This document shows positions 1 to 11,910 of a stretch of DNA of 64,000 nucleotides, one piece after another (the first letter of the stretch is position 1; every line of letters begins with the position of its first letter). The stretch is from NCBI GenBank assembly GCA_038087875.1, contig CM075987.1:22694001-22758000 (forward strand), given 5' to 3'. The notes beneath the pieces were generated by a model, which ran no database searches, was not told the DNA's origin, and saw only the letters and a list, made by a program, of their open reading frames with translations. Both the position numbers and the translations under genes were made by a program. The stretch is from Malacoraja senta (taxonomy: Eukaryota).

Positions 1-192
1 GTTGTAGTGTTTAATAGCCTGATGGCTGTAGGGAAGCAGCTGTTCCTGAACCCGGACGTAGCAGTTTGCGGGCTCCTGCACCTTCTTCCCGATGGCAGTG
101 GTGAAATGAGTGTGTGGCCAGGGTGGTGTGGGTCTCTGATGATGCTGGCTGCCTTTTTGAGACAGCGACTCCTGTAAATCCCTTCGATGGTG
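1..192 (-). mobile_element. Rex1/Babar LINE fragment (RT C-terminus)
   Basis: Minus frame reads TIEGIYRSRCLKKAASIIRDPHHPGHTLISPLPSGRRCRS...RFRNSCFPTAIRLLN, typical of the Rex1 ORF end. Confidence 0.75.
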
Positions 193-269
193 GCCGCCGA
201 ACCCCCGGCTTCCACCCTCCCCACCAGGCCTACACATGGCAGCCTCCCGCCACCTCAATCGAGATGTCA

Positions 270-540
270 TCAGTCTGACCGCCGCCTCCTCCGCTTGCCC
301 CTAACCATCCCGGTACAGGAGGGACGCGTCCTCACCTGGTACAGCCCTGGGATCGAGCGGCTCCGCTCCGCGCCGTTACTGAGCCGACCGACCGGCCAAC
401 CGGCGCCATCTTCACTCGGCAAGCGGCGACGTGTACATCGTGACGTCACGCGCCGGGTACGTCGCGGGTCGCGCGCGCCCGTCGTCGGGTACGTCGTGAC
501 GTTGCGCACGCCCGGCGTCGTGGCGTCGTGGCGTCATCCT
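270..540. promoter_or_regulatory. CpG-island promoter with CRE palindrome and clustered ACGT cores
   Basis: Very CpG-dense. CGTGACGTCACG at 439-450; five ACGT cores in 429-502; YY1-like CGCCATCTT at 404-412. Confidence 0.65.
336..430 (-). other. Candidate first exon of next minus-strand gene (probably SEC16A)
   Basis: Minus strand has AAGATGGCG (404-412) and a strong donor CAG|GTGAG at 336/335 inside a CpG island. Gene identity is inferred only from human NOTCH1-SEC16A synteny. Confidence 0.55.
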
Positions 541-764
541 CCCCCTCCCCCCCCCCCCACCCACCATTGCCAAACGAAGGGAAAGATCTTTCCAGAAAAG
601 GTATTTGTTTTTTTTGTTTTCTCTGCAAACTATTTACATGACTGTTTGGTACAAGATCGTCAAATTATCAGTGCACCATATTTTTAAGTAAAGTCGGCGC
701 TCGAAGACTTCGGACTTTCCGTGACGGAATTAGCCGAAGTGAAGCACGAAGTCATAAAGGCCAT

Positions 765-1290
765 GACAATAGACAATAGACAATAGACAATAGACAATAG
801 ACAATAGACAATAGACAATAGGTGCAGGAGTAGGCCATTTGGCCCTTCAAGCCAGCACCGCCATTCAATGTGATCATGGCCGATCATCCCCAATCAGTAC
901 CCCGTTCCTGCCTTCTCCCCATATCCCCCTGACTCCACTATCTTTAAGAGCCCTATCTAGCTCTCTCTTGAAAGCATCCAGAGAACCTGCCTCCACCACC
1001 CTCCGAGGCAGAGAATTCCACAGACTCACCACTCTCTGTGAGAAAAAGTGTTTCCTCGTCTCTGTTATAAATGGCTTACTCCTTATTCTTAAACTGTGTG
1101 GCCCCTGGTTCTGGACTCCCCCAACATCGGGAACATGTTTCCTGCCTCTAGCGTGTCCAAGCCCTTAACAATCTTATATGTTTCAATGAGATCCCCCTCA
1201 TCCTTCTAAACTCCAGAGTGTACTAGCCCAGCTGCTCCATTCTCTCAGCTTATGACAGTCCCGCCATCCCGGGAATTAACCTTGTAACTT
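765..1290 (-). mobile_element. CR1 LINE 3' fragment with (CTATTGT)n tail
   Basis: RT C-terminal coding remnant plus 3'UTR near-identical to copies at 21968 and 31910; GACAATA repeats at 765-820. Confidence 0.85.
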
Positions 1291-1369
1291 GTCCTGATAT
1301 CTTGGCTCAGAGCAGGAGCCAGTGCACTTGGTCTCCGGCCCACGTCTCCTCTTGAAGTATTTACTATAC

Positions 1370-1547
1370 GATGTTTTCAAGAGAGAGAGTTAGATAGAGC
1401 TCTCAGGGCTATCGGAATCAAGGGGATATGGGGAGAAGGCAGGAAAGGGGTATTGATTGGGGATGATCAGCCATGATCACATTGAATGGTGGTTCTGGCT
1501 CAAAGGGCCGAATTGCCTACTCCTGCACCTATTTTCTATGTTTCCAT
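1370..1547 (+). mobile_element. CR1 LINE 3' end fragment
   Basis: gatatggggagaaggcagg...gggccgaattgcctactcctgcacc...tttctatg tail, shared with other copies in the window. Confidence 0.75.
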
Positions 1548-1830
1548 GATACGATACCATATAACTTTATTTATCCCAGGAGAGAAATTGATTTCACCAA
1601 CAGTCATAAAACATAAAATACATGAAATATGAAATTAAAGTGACGAGTGGGAAAAATTGGGTATGTTCAAAGATCGAGGAGGGGGAGTTAGTCTACTCCA
1701 TGACAGAAGGGGGAGGAGTTGTACAGTTTGATAGCCACAGGGAAGAAGGATCTCCTGTGGCGTTCTGTCCTGCATCTTGGTGGAACCAGTCTGTTGTTGA
1801 AGGTGCTCCTCAGGTTGACCAGTGTGTCAT
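1548..1830 (-). mobile_element. Rex1/Babar LINE 3' fragment
   Basis: ORF track peptide DTLVNLRSTFNNRLVPPRCRTERHRRSFFPVAIKLYNSS matches the Rex1 C-terminus. Confidence 0.7.
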
Positions 1831-2703
1831 TACTTAGGTCAATTATCCAACAAACCTGTACGTCTTTGGGATGTGGGAGGAGACCGAGCACCCGGAGAAG
1901 ACCCACACTGTCAATGCAAAATCACTGTCAATACACAATCTGGCAGTCGCCTGCCCATTTCCCTCCACCAATGCTGCTTGACCCACTGAGTTCCTCCAGC
2001 AATTTGATTTTTGCACAAATGCACTTTCGATATGTTCCAAAGTGGACCAGGAGGGCCCATTTTCATCCTGTATCGCTAAAGCTAACACAAAAACTAAATT
2101 AATTATTTTGAACTCTATTGAATCCATTGCAAGAAGCGCCATTTCAAATTGGCCCAAAGGAAAACAAGTTCTTGACAAATAGAGATTTCTCGTGGGGGGG
2201 GTGTTACAGATGTAAACATTATTGTGATATGTTAACTTTTATGTGACATGGGTTTTAAAGCTTTGCATCAAACACAGTTAGTTCACCTTCAGTAAAGGAT
2301 GGAAGCTCTTTACAGTCGCTTAAGCTTTTCACTGTATCTTGGTACACGTGACAATACACTAAACTGAACTGTACAGGAGTTTATAATGGCAACAACTGAA
2401 GAAATACTTTGGTTGTGTCTTCACAAAGGTTTGAGACCTGTAAGATTATGAGGGAGAAGGATGTGAAAATCCATAGGAGATAGAAGGGAGTTTAGCTACA
2501 ACATTAGGTTGGTGAAGCTGAAGTTGTTTTCTTTGGAGTGAACGAGGTTAATGAGAAAAGTTTGGATAAGGTAGACAAGGAACAACTGCTGCTGTTAAAT
2601 GACAGTAATGATTTAAGGGACACAAAGTTAAATATGCAGCAGAAACGTGAAAATGAGTGAGTGGTAATGACCTGAAACCTGTTACCAACAAGGACGATGG
2701 AAG

Positions 2704-2810
2704 GTACACAAAAATGCTGGAGAAACTCAGCGGGTGCAGCAGCATCTATGGAGCGAAGGAAATAGGTAACGTTTCGGGCCGAAACCCTTCTTCAGACCCT
2801 TCTTCAGACA
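2704..2810 (-). mobile_element. Penelope-derived pLTR fragment with minimal hammerhead motif
   Basis: Minus strand GGGT-CTGAAGA-AGGGTTTCGGCCC-GAAAC-GTT-ACCT, flanked by ATGGAAG direct repeat (2697-2703, 2811-2817). Confidence 0.65.
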
Positions 2811-3299
2811 ATGGAAGTGTGGATGTTCATTGCAATATTTATTTTCACAAAAAAAATTTAATTTCCTACCCTCTCCTCATTTCCCAATATTATTTCTCAT
2901 GCATCGAACCTGTAAAAGACTCAGATTCATGTTTGTTAAATTTGGTTAGACCCTCCAGTTGTTTTAAAGACTTTTGAAATATCAATGAATCTTAGTACTC
3001 TACAGAACAGAAGTAGAAAAAGATAGAGATCGAGGCAGATAAATAGTCAGAGAAATAGAGGTAGAGAAGAAACGATTAACAGAGAGTCACACGGGGGAAG
3101 AGCAAGAGAGATGGTGTTTACTGTGAAATGTGGTTGGGACTTTTGGTCCTGCCACAGTTCCACTCAACTCCAGTCGAGGGCGTCAGAGGCCCAGTAAGCA
3201 GCTGCCTGACAGATAGAGGCTCAAAGTCCCTCCAATGTTCATGAGTGCCCAGGCAGAATGTTCTCAGATACGCTGCCAATGTGCCTCCAGCTTATGAAC

Positions 3300-3670
3300 C
3301 CTCGTCATGGGTAGCTTACAATCCTGCGGTATGAACATTGAAATCTCCAATTTTAACCTCAAACAGTCCTCCCCTTTCTCCGCCATTCCCTCCCTATCTC
3401 TCCCCCCTCCCCTGTCCTCTTCCAGGACTCCCACCATTTTCCCCTCCCCCTCCATAGGTCCCGACTCAAAATGTCACCCATCAACGTTCGCCAGAGGTGC
3501 TGCCTGAACCGAGGTGTTACTCCAGCACTTTGGGTCCCACATTCCTTCCTCTGGCTTCACAATTTTCAACTCCCCCCTCCGTCTGTCTCACACCTGTTTC
3601 AATCACTGGCCTTTGTTCCAACCAATCCGCCTATCAAACCCTCCTCACCTGTGTCCACCAACACTGATGT
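3300..3670 (+). mobile_element. Penelope-like element 3' remnant (GIY-YIG C-terminus plus pLTR)
   Basis: GSLQSCGMNIEISNF resembles the PLE endonuclease end (L-G-S/T-L-Q-P-x-G-M/L-N). It is followed by a degenerate copy of the hairpin-repeat arm. Confidence 0.6.
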
Positions 3671-3789
3671 TCATCTGGTTAATGTATGACTATTTTGGAG
3701 ATCTTGCTGCTGCATTTCAAATTGTTACTACCCTTCAAAAGCACTTCAGTGGCTGAGGCAATGAAACGGGACATAAATTTGTTTTTCTA

Positions 3790-3992
3790 AGATAGACACA
3801 AAAAGCTGGAGTAACTCAGGGGGACAGGTAGCATCTCTGGAGAGAAGGAATGGGTGACGTTTCGGGTCGAGACCCTTCTTCAGAAACGTCACCCATTCCT
3901 TCTCTCCAGAGATACTGCCTGTCCCGCTGAGTTACTCCAGATTTTTGTGTCTATCTTCGGTTTAAACCAGCATCTGCAGTTCCTTCCTGCAC
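3790..3992. mobile_element. Complete short Penelope-derived palindromic insertion with 14-bp TSD
   Basis: Inverted arms form a ~165-nt hairpin (3790-3956). TSD AATTTGTTTTTCTA at 3776-3789 and 3993-4006. Intact hammerhead core on the minus strand at 3854-3883. Confidence 0.75.
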
Positions 3993-4119
3993 AATTTGTT
4001 TTTCTAGCTGCCTTTGCAATATCTTTAGGTGGCTCATGGACAATTCAGTATAATTAAAAATGTTCTATGGCACAAATAGCGCTCTATAAGCCTAGGTTCT
4101 TGCCTTGGGTGATGCACAA

Positions 4120-4428
4120 GTTTTAGTTTAGAGATACTGCAGGGAAACGAGCCCTTCAGCCCAACGAGTCTTTGCTGACAATCAATCACTCCCTCACACT
4201 AGTTCTATGTTATCCCACTTTCGTATCCACTCCCCACATACTAGGAGCAATGTTTGCAGAGACCAATTAACCTACAAACCCGCATGTCTTCGAGATGCAG
4301 GAGGATACCCAAAGGAAACAATCAAAGGAAGTAGGTGCAAACTCCACACAGGCAGCACCTGAGGTCAGGGTCGAACCTGGGTCTCCGGCGCTGTGAGGCA
4401 ACAGTTCTACCAGCTGCGCTACTGTGCT
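4120..4428 (-). mobile_element. HE1-type tRNA-derived SINE (diverged)
   Basis: tRNA-like head with B-box (GGTTCGACCC), conserved core and CR1-like tail ending TAAAC repeats. Confidence 0.75.
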
Positions 4429-4509
4429 GCCCAAGATGAAGAGAACGAGACCAGGAACTATAAGACCCCAAAACGACCAAGGAAATGGAGTTCAACAAGC
4501 TGTTACGCA

Positions 4510-6251
4510 GTTCTAGATGCCCTTGGCACATTTATTGTTATAAGTACATTTTACAAAAGGCAGTTAACAGAAAATACACCATCTTTTCAAACTAGGCCCT
4601 TCTGGCTGGTTATTATATTATAATTTCCAGAGGGTTTTACATGGGTTTTACTTGAAGGCTATAAAACACTGTATCACATGGCCAGGACACGTTTAATGTC
4701 TCACTTACATTGTACAGATTTCTGAAACAAAATCTTTTATTAAACACTGTTTATTTACAAGGTTTACAGAAATGGTGCTTTCGCTTGAACAGCGGAATAA
4801 TCCTTTTACACAATCTCCTTTTAAAGGTAATCCCCACGGGTCTGATACAGAGGCAGGCGACTCTCAGCACCCCCTCTTTCCTGTGACGTTTTAGTGGAGT
4901 TGGGGCCCCTCTCACTCTCCGGAACCAGGGGAGCTTCCCACCTGCCTCCTGGTCCTAACTCATCACGACAGGTTCATCCCACCATCACAATCAGCTCTGC
5001 TGCATCTCAGCGGGTAGTGAAACGCCAACCATGTCATGAGGGAAAGGGGGGGAACCCAGCAGGGGTGAGGGGACAGAATAAAATGTCACCCATTCACTCA
5101 CCACCTTCCGATCCTCACCTTGCAATCCTCCTCCCCCCCGTCCAGAATAATTTAATTGTCATTTGAGCTTTAAACATAGTGTCATTATTGAAATAAATCA
5201 GAAAAACAAACCTTTTGCACAACATGATCACCAAGAACAGAAACTGAAATCAACTCTCCCGGTAACCTGTCGCCCACCAGTGTTCAGTTTCCTGGATCTG
5301 ATTTCAGGAGGGGAGATGACAAGTACGGGACGAGAGTAATCAGAAAACAATCAAAATGACGCCCCCCCCCCCCCGGTAATACTGAAAACACAACGCGCGA
5401 CGGGAGCTATCGCTGGTTCAAAACGTGGCGTGGCCTCTGGAATTCACAGCATCAGATGCCCGGGTGGACGGATTCGACCCCTCCCTCTCCCCCATCAAGA
5501 CACACTTGGATGTGAATGTGAGTGCACACCAGTGTGTGAACGAGTGTGCGCTGACAGGGAGTGAAGGAGGCAGCCTGCGAGTGTGCAGGCAGCTGTGAAC
5601 GTGTGTGTGTGTGTGTGAGAGAGACCCGGTGAGCCAGGGCGTGTTCGTGCCAGGGAACCAGCACTGGTCCATGCCAGGCTGTCCATTGGCCTGTTGTAGG
5701 GGGAGGCGAGAGTCTCCAGATATGCAGTGTGCACATGTTTACTCTTCAAAGATTCACAACTCATATATAAATATAAGTCATACTATTTGTATACATTTAT
5801 CATTACCAACGGATCAGTCGGCTGAAAATACATCAACACAAAAGCCAGCTATCTATTCTTTCTGTTTTTAAAAAAAGTCAGGTATCTATAAAAGGAACAC
5901 ATTGACTAACCATCAGTCAGGGGCTGAATGGAGAGTTAGCATTGATAAAATAAACCGCCGATTTCTCAAACATAATGAAAACAACAACGTATTAAATAAA
6001 ATAAAAACAGTAAAAATGTGAAGTACATAAATAAATTAAAGGAAAACACAGAACAAAACTCCACCCCTTGCTTGTTTGTTTAAAATCGGATGGTGAACAC
6101 AAACTCCACTGATAGTTCATTGAAAGTCCAGTGGATGGGTTCCCGCTGTTGATCTTCTGCTCGGCTGCTTTCCCCCTCTGTGTGGCTGAGTTGCATGGAC
6201 CCAGGGGGGAGGTGAGCACCAGGGTTTGTGTGGGAGGAGGGTGGCAAGCTT
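4510..6251 (-). other. NOTCH1: NOTCH1 3'UTR
   Basis: TE-free stretch between the stop codon and the poly(A) signals, with AU-rich elements (ATTTATTTATGTACTT at 6021-6036). Confidence 0.7.
4531..4536 (-). terminator. NOTCH1: Distal AATAAA polyadenylation signal of NOTCH1
   Basis: TTTATT on the plus strand at the end of a unique AU-rich block, just before repeats resume. Further AATAAA signals at 4736-4741 and 4750-4755. Confidence 0.65.
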
Positions 6252-7621
6252 TCACTTGAAGACCTGATCAGAGAGAAGCGCCTTCTGGGAGTGCATGCTG
6301 GTCGGGGGACTGGAGATGCCCTCAGACCAGTCGGACATGTTGGAGTGAGGGGAGGAGCTGGACCACTGGTCGGGAGACTCGGGCGAGGGGGTGAGGAAGG
6401 GGTGGTCAGCCAGGTGCAGCTGGTGGCTGGGCGTGTTGTCCATGGGGGAGGAGTAGCCGTGCTGGGACGGGGGAGTCAAGAACTGGGTGGTGGCCATCGA
6501 CTGGCTGATGGAGGTGGGCAGCGAGGTCTGGAGGAGCTGCGTGTCCTGGGCGGAGATGGCGTGGACCTGGAGGCCGTTGCCTCCCAACTGGGGCAGGTCG
6601 GCCTGCCTGGGGTCAGCCCCGCAGTAGCTTTGGCCCATGGGGTGAGGGTTGCCGTTGGGCATGGCGTTGAGGACTGAGACGCCCTGGGGCGGTTGCTGCA
6701 TGAGGTGCGACTGCGACAGGGCGGCAGTGTTGGCCAGGCCTTGGTAGCTCACGATCTGTGACAAGGAGGTGTTGGGCAGCCCGTTGTGTAGAGAGGTGAT
6801 CATCCCGTGCTGACTCTGCTGCAGTCCCCTGGCGTGGGCTTGAACCGGGTTCCTCATGGCGTTGTATGGGTTCTGGACCATCCCCGACTGCATCTGCGCC
6901 AGCCAATCGCACGGGCCGTTCATGCCGCCAGCCCCACCTAGGTTCATGGCCATCGAAGCGTTGCTCATGGGTTGCCCGTTGGAGCTGGGCATGTGGGAGA
7001 GGCGAGGAGCCACCGATTCAAAGACCATCCTGTTGGTCCCTCCCAGTGCCTCCTGCTTCCCGCCCATGCCCAGGTGGCTTAGGCTGATGTGCCCGTCCAC
7101 TGCCAACCCTTGCAGATGGTTGAGTTGGATGGAGGGCGACTGCTGGTAGGGCGGCGTGAGCAGGGGGGCGAGGCCACGTCGGACAGATAGGTGTGGGAGG
7201 ACTCCATGGAATCGACAGGAGACAGGACGGAGGAGCTGTCCACAAGGTTGCCCTTCCCATCCTGGGACTTCTTCCTCTTCACCTTGGCTTCTTTGGACTC
7301 CTTGCCGTTGGCACCCTTGACGCTGGTCTTGCGCGACTTTTTGCCGTGGCCGGCCGGCTTGCCACTGCCCAGGTACCCGTTGGGCGAGCAGATGGGCGGG
7401 GAGAGGCTGGTGGCGTTGCCGCCCATCTGCAACTGTGGGCTCCGCACCAGGTTGTACTCGTCCAGCAGCCTGACGATGTCGTGGTGCATGCGGTCCTGAG
7501 CGATGTCGCGGGGCAGGCGGTCCATGTGGTCGGTGATCTCGCGGTTGGCAAAGTGCTCCAGCAGGAGCTTGCCCGTCTCATAGCTGCCCTCCCGAGCTGC
7601 CAGGAAGAGCGGCGTTTCCTC
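6252..7621 (-). CDS. NOTCH1: NOTCH1 exon 34 coding part (ANK end, NLS, TAD, PEST); 1-bp deletion at 7163-7168
   Basis: cag|GAG GAA ACG gives [16 protein letters not shown]...[16 protein letters not shown]...VFK TGA. Length 1370 nt; adding one C restores [14 protein letters not shown]. Confidence 0.95.
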
Positions 7622-9239
7622 CTGAGGGAGACGGAGAAAGGTGGTGGCTTAGGCAGAGGTCAACGAGAGAAGGCACCAGAATGTCACAATCACAATCATA
7701 CTTTATTAGCCAGGTACGTTTTACAACATACGAGGAATTTGATTTTCCATGTCAGATACTCAAAAGCGGGAAACCATGTCAAGGACTCAATTTATCACAA
7801 GGAGACATAAAGAACTGTAGCTGCCAGTGTACCAAACAAGAACACACAAAGTGCTGGAGTAACTCTGGGTCAAGCAGCATCTCCGGAGAAAAAGGATGGA
7901 TGACGTTTCGGATCGGGACCCTTCCGACTGAAAGTAGAGGGGAGGGAACTGGAGGTATGAAAAGGCCAGAACAAGGCAGGACCGGCAACAGATGACCGAG
8001 GGAGGGTGGAGGCCATAATGGCTCATTGTTGGCTGGGGCGGAAGTGATAATGAAGGGATAGAAGGAAAGGAACAGTAGAGCTAGTGGGATGACGAGAGAG
8101 GGGGAGGGAGAGAATCCAAAGGTCCAGTTTAGTTCAGTAATGCTAGTTTAGTTTGGTTGGGACCCTTCTTCGGGCTCAGGCAACCTTTTGGGTGGAGACC
8201 CTTCAGGCCCTCAAGAAGACTCTCAACCCGAAACATCGCCTATCCATGTCCTCCAGAGATGCGGCCTGACCTTCTGAGTTACTCCAGCACTTTGTGTGTT
8301 TTTTACATGAGGCCTCTTTTTCCACTCTCTTCCACACGATCAAAGCTGGTGTCACCATCTCCACCATCCTGCTTTATCTACGCATCACTTGAATGCCTTG
8401 GTGCTCAAAAATGTCTTGGGTCTCGTTGCTGAATATATTCAAGGAAGGACTAATCACATCCAAATATTCACAACCGCTTGAGTAAAGAATGTTCTCGTTG
8501 GTGCTCACTGGCACACTCCTTATTCTGAGACCGTCCTCACCAACCCCTTCTCCTAATTGGCAGGCAAACACCTTCTAACATCCACCTACTCAGTTCCTTT
8601 TAAACTCCACACACATTACTATTTATTTTCTGTACTGCCCCGACCTCAAAACTCTTGACAGATTTGTCAACCTGATTCCCCTTTTATTAAACCACACCAA
8701 CTCTGCATGATCAGAAGGTGATATTTTTGGAGTTCCTCTAATTTGCTTTCACCCAGTGCCAGGTTCTCGATTTCCCTTCCTTCCCCTCTGATACGAGGTC
8801 ATGTTTTCTACCTTTCAAATCTCACAGTCCATTACTAAAAATCCAGGGACTTCTGAAAGGACCCAAAGCAAATGCACTCGTTGTTTCTGCAGCCACTCTC
8901 TAAATCACAGGAAGCAAAAGATCAGGCCCAGGAAGTATGACAGTTTCTATTCCCGTTAATTCCTCCAGAATTATTACTTCATGAACAGTAATTTCTCATC
9001 CCCACTGGACTCTTGCATTCCCCATTGTGCCTGGGACATTGGGACATTTTTTGTCTTTTCTCTGCAACAATTGGTAAAATGCCTCCGTCATTTCCTTACT
9101 GCCCCATATAACATTTCCACCCTTTGCCAGAGTTTGCAGCTGCGTTATCTTTTGGCAATCTTTTCCTTTTCGCTATTCCCCTACATGGTTTTATAACTTG
9201 ATTTTATTTTCTTTGCTGGTTGACTCCCGTACTATTTTG

Positions 9240-9528
9240 TTTCGTTTAGAGTTTAGAGATACAGCGCGGAAACAGGCCCTTCGTCCCATCGAGTCCATGC
9301 CGACCAGTGAGGCCACGCACATTAATCACTATCCTGCACACACGAGGGGCAATTTACAGCTTACAATTTAACTGAAGCAAATTAACCTTGGAGTGTGCGA
9401 GGTAACCGGAGCACCTGGAGAAAACCCATGCAGATCACAGGGAGAACATACAAACTCCACACAGACAGGATCGAACCTGGGTCTCTGGAGCAGTAAGGCA
9501 GCAATCTACTGCTGTGTCACCGTGCCAC
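9240..9528 (-). mobile_element. HE1-type SINE (internally deleted)
   Basis: Shares head, core and tail with the 37108 copy. Confidence 0.75.
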
Positions 9529-10062
9529 CCTATTCTATCCATTTGTCATCATTTTGGCCATCCTTTCCATGCATTCTAAAATGCATCCAAACCTCAGGCT
9601 TAACTGCTCTTTCTTTGCTTGTTTTAATCCAATTGCATCTTTGTTGGGTAAACATTTCCCACGGGGAGGTTTCTTAAGAGAATGCAGATGTTACAACACG
9701 GAGGCAGCCTGTTTAACAACTATGTCCAAGCTGCCCTTTACAAAGAGCTAATTAGTCCCATTCCCCCCGCTCTCTCCCCCCTGCCACTGCCCTTCGACCT
9801 TCGACCTTTTCCCCACCTCAAGCATTTATCCAATTTCTTTTTGAAAAGTCGTCCTAAATCTGTCTTCACCATCCCGTCAAGACAGCAGGTTTCAGATGGG
9901 AACAGCTCACTTTGTCAAAATCTATCTCTTGAACTCCTCTTTGATTTCTCTACCACTGATAACACTGAACCTGTGGCTTTTGCCCACTGTGTGGGAAGTA
10001 GACTTGACACCACCATGTCCTCGTTGTGTCTCACACCGCCAGCGCAGCTCCAATCTCCTCAC

Positions 10063-10160
10063 CTTGTTATCCTGCATGTCCTTGTTGGCTCCGTTTTTCA
10101 GCAGGACCATCGTGGCCTCCACGTTGTTGACAGCGGCTGCCCAGTGTAGAGCTGACTTCC
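10063..10160 (-). CDS. NOTCH1: NOTCH1 exon 33 (ANK)
   Basis: 98 nt, [37 protein letters not shown]. Confidence 0.96.
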
Positions 10161-10362
10161 CTGAGGGCACAAACACAACCCCTCAGTGCTCGGCAATCAG
10201 GCTTCAGTCAGCCCAGTCCAACCCCAAGGAGAGACTCCCTCTCGGTGGATGAGCCTCCAGCTCCAGACCCTTCCCAACCACACGCAGTGAATGTTGACCT
10301 GGCCTTCTGAGTCCATCTCCTCCCGAGCCTCCCATCTCCCCTCGTGCCCTGCCTCTCATGGA

Positions 10363-10790
10363 GAGTCATAGAGTCATACAGCGTGGAAACAGGCCCTTTG
10401 GCCCAACATGTCCATGCTGACCAACATGCCCCATCTACGCTAGTCCCACCTGCCTGCATTTGGCCCGTAGCCCTCTAAACCTATCCTATCCATGTACCTG
10501 TCTAAATGTTTCTAAAACATCGCGATAGTACCTGCCTCAACTACCTCCTCTGGCAGCTCGTTCCATACACCCACCACCTTTTGTGTAATATATTTACCCC
10601 TCAGATTCCTACTAAATCTTTTCCCCCTCACCTTAAATCTATGTCCTCTGGTTCTTGATTCCCCTACTCTGGGAAATCATCTCCGTGCGTTTACCCGATC
10701 TATTCCCCTCATGATTTTTGTAAACCTCTATAAGATCACCCCTCATCCTCCTGCGCTCCAAGAAATAAAGTCCTAGCCTGCCCAACCGTT
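10363..10790 (-). mobile_element. CR1 LINE 3' fragment with (CTATGACT)n tail
   Basis: [34 protein letters not shown] tail repeats. Confidence 0.85.
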
Positions 10791-10842
10791 CCCTCTGGCT
10801 CTCGGCCCACAGGCTCCTCCTCCTGTGATGCGGGCTTCTTAC

Positions 10843-10990
10843 CAAAGTCATCCACTGCGTTGACGTCAGCGTGACAGTTGACCAGCTCCTCCACCATTCC
10901 CTCCACGGCCAGGCGGGCCGCCAGGATCAGGGGCGTGGTGCCGTCATGCATCCTCGCGTCCAAATCCGTCGCTCGATTCCGGATCAGGAT
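10843..10990 (-). CDS. NOTCH1: NOTCH1 exon 32 (ANK)
   Basis: 148 nt; [49 protein letters not shown]. Confidence 0.96.
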
Positions 10991-11099
10991 CTGGAGAGGG
11001 AGGCAGGTCCAGGAATATTGAAACGGTGAACACGTGGGAGCCCATCAGGGAGACGGAAGGCCATTCGGTCTCTTGGCCCATTAACACTAGGCCAGATGA

Positions 11100-11325
11100 T
11101 TAGTTTAGAGATGCAGCACGGAAACAGGCCCTGAGTCTGCGCCGACCAGCGATCCCGGCACATTAACACTGTCTTACATACACTGGGGACAATTTACAAT
11201 CTTTAGTGAAGCCAATGATCACGGGGAGAACGTACAACTCCGTACAAACAGCACCCGTAGTCAGGATCGAACCCGGGTCTCTGGCGTTGTAAGGCAGCAA
11301 CTCTACCGCTGCGCCACCATGCCGT
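11100..11325 (-). mobile_element. HE1-type SINE
   Basis: Head GGTGGCGCAGCGGTAGAG...GGGTTCGATCC (A/B boxes), starting ~30 nt into intron 31. Confidence 0.85.
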
Positions 11326-11354
11326 GTCAGTACCGACCAAAACCTGGTGCCCAC

Positions 11355-11656
11355 CTGGAAAACTCCCTGGGCATCTGCAGCCACCGCCGCATGCAGCGGC
11401 GTCCTGCCCATGTTGTCCTGAATGTTGGCGTCGGCGCTGGATTCCAGCAGCCGCTTGGCGGCATCGGAGCGGGCATAGCGGGCAGCCAGGTGAAGGGCAG
11501 TCTCGCCCGTCCGGTCCGTCTGGTTGTGCAGGTTGGCACCCTGGTAGATGAAGTCGGAGATGAGGTTGCCCGAGGCATCGTCCACTTCCTCCTCGCTGTT
11601 GCCTGTCTCCAGGCCGCCTCCGCTGCACGCGGCAATCATGAGCGGAGTGAAGCCGT
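11355..11656 (-). CDS. NOTCH1: NOTCH1 exon 31 (ANK1-3)
   Basis: 302 nt; [24 protein letters not shown]...[23 protein letters not shown]...AQGVFQ. Confidence 0.96.
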
Positions 11657-11910
11657 CTGTGGACACAAACCAGCCGCGGTTTACCAAACTATAACCGCAC
11701 CAGAGAAACATGTCCTCAGCAGCCCAGCTAATGCCTCGTCCAACCTCTCCCTAAAGCCCATCCTCCCCCAAACCCCACCCCACACAAAACTCTCCCCCCT
11801 CTCCACCCACAAACATACTATTATACCTGGTCACACACAGGCCACTTTGCCACATTGTATCTCTAAAACTAAAACTAAAACTATTGTACAATATATGCAA
11901 AGCAGAGTTA

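Noticed and set aside
6228..7810. Plus-strand ORFs antisense to exons (also 14519, 16170 and 11319)
   Set aside because: Shadow ORFs caused by high GC3 in Notch exons.
9656..9663. RBPJ site CGTGGGAA suggesting autoregulation
   Set aside because: A single 8-mer is expected by chance about twice in 64 kb; no paired site.
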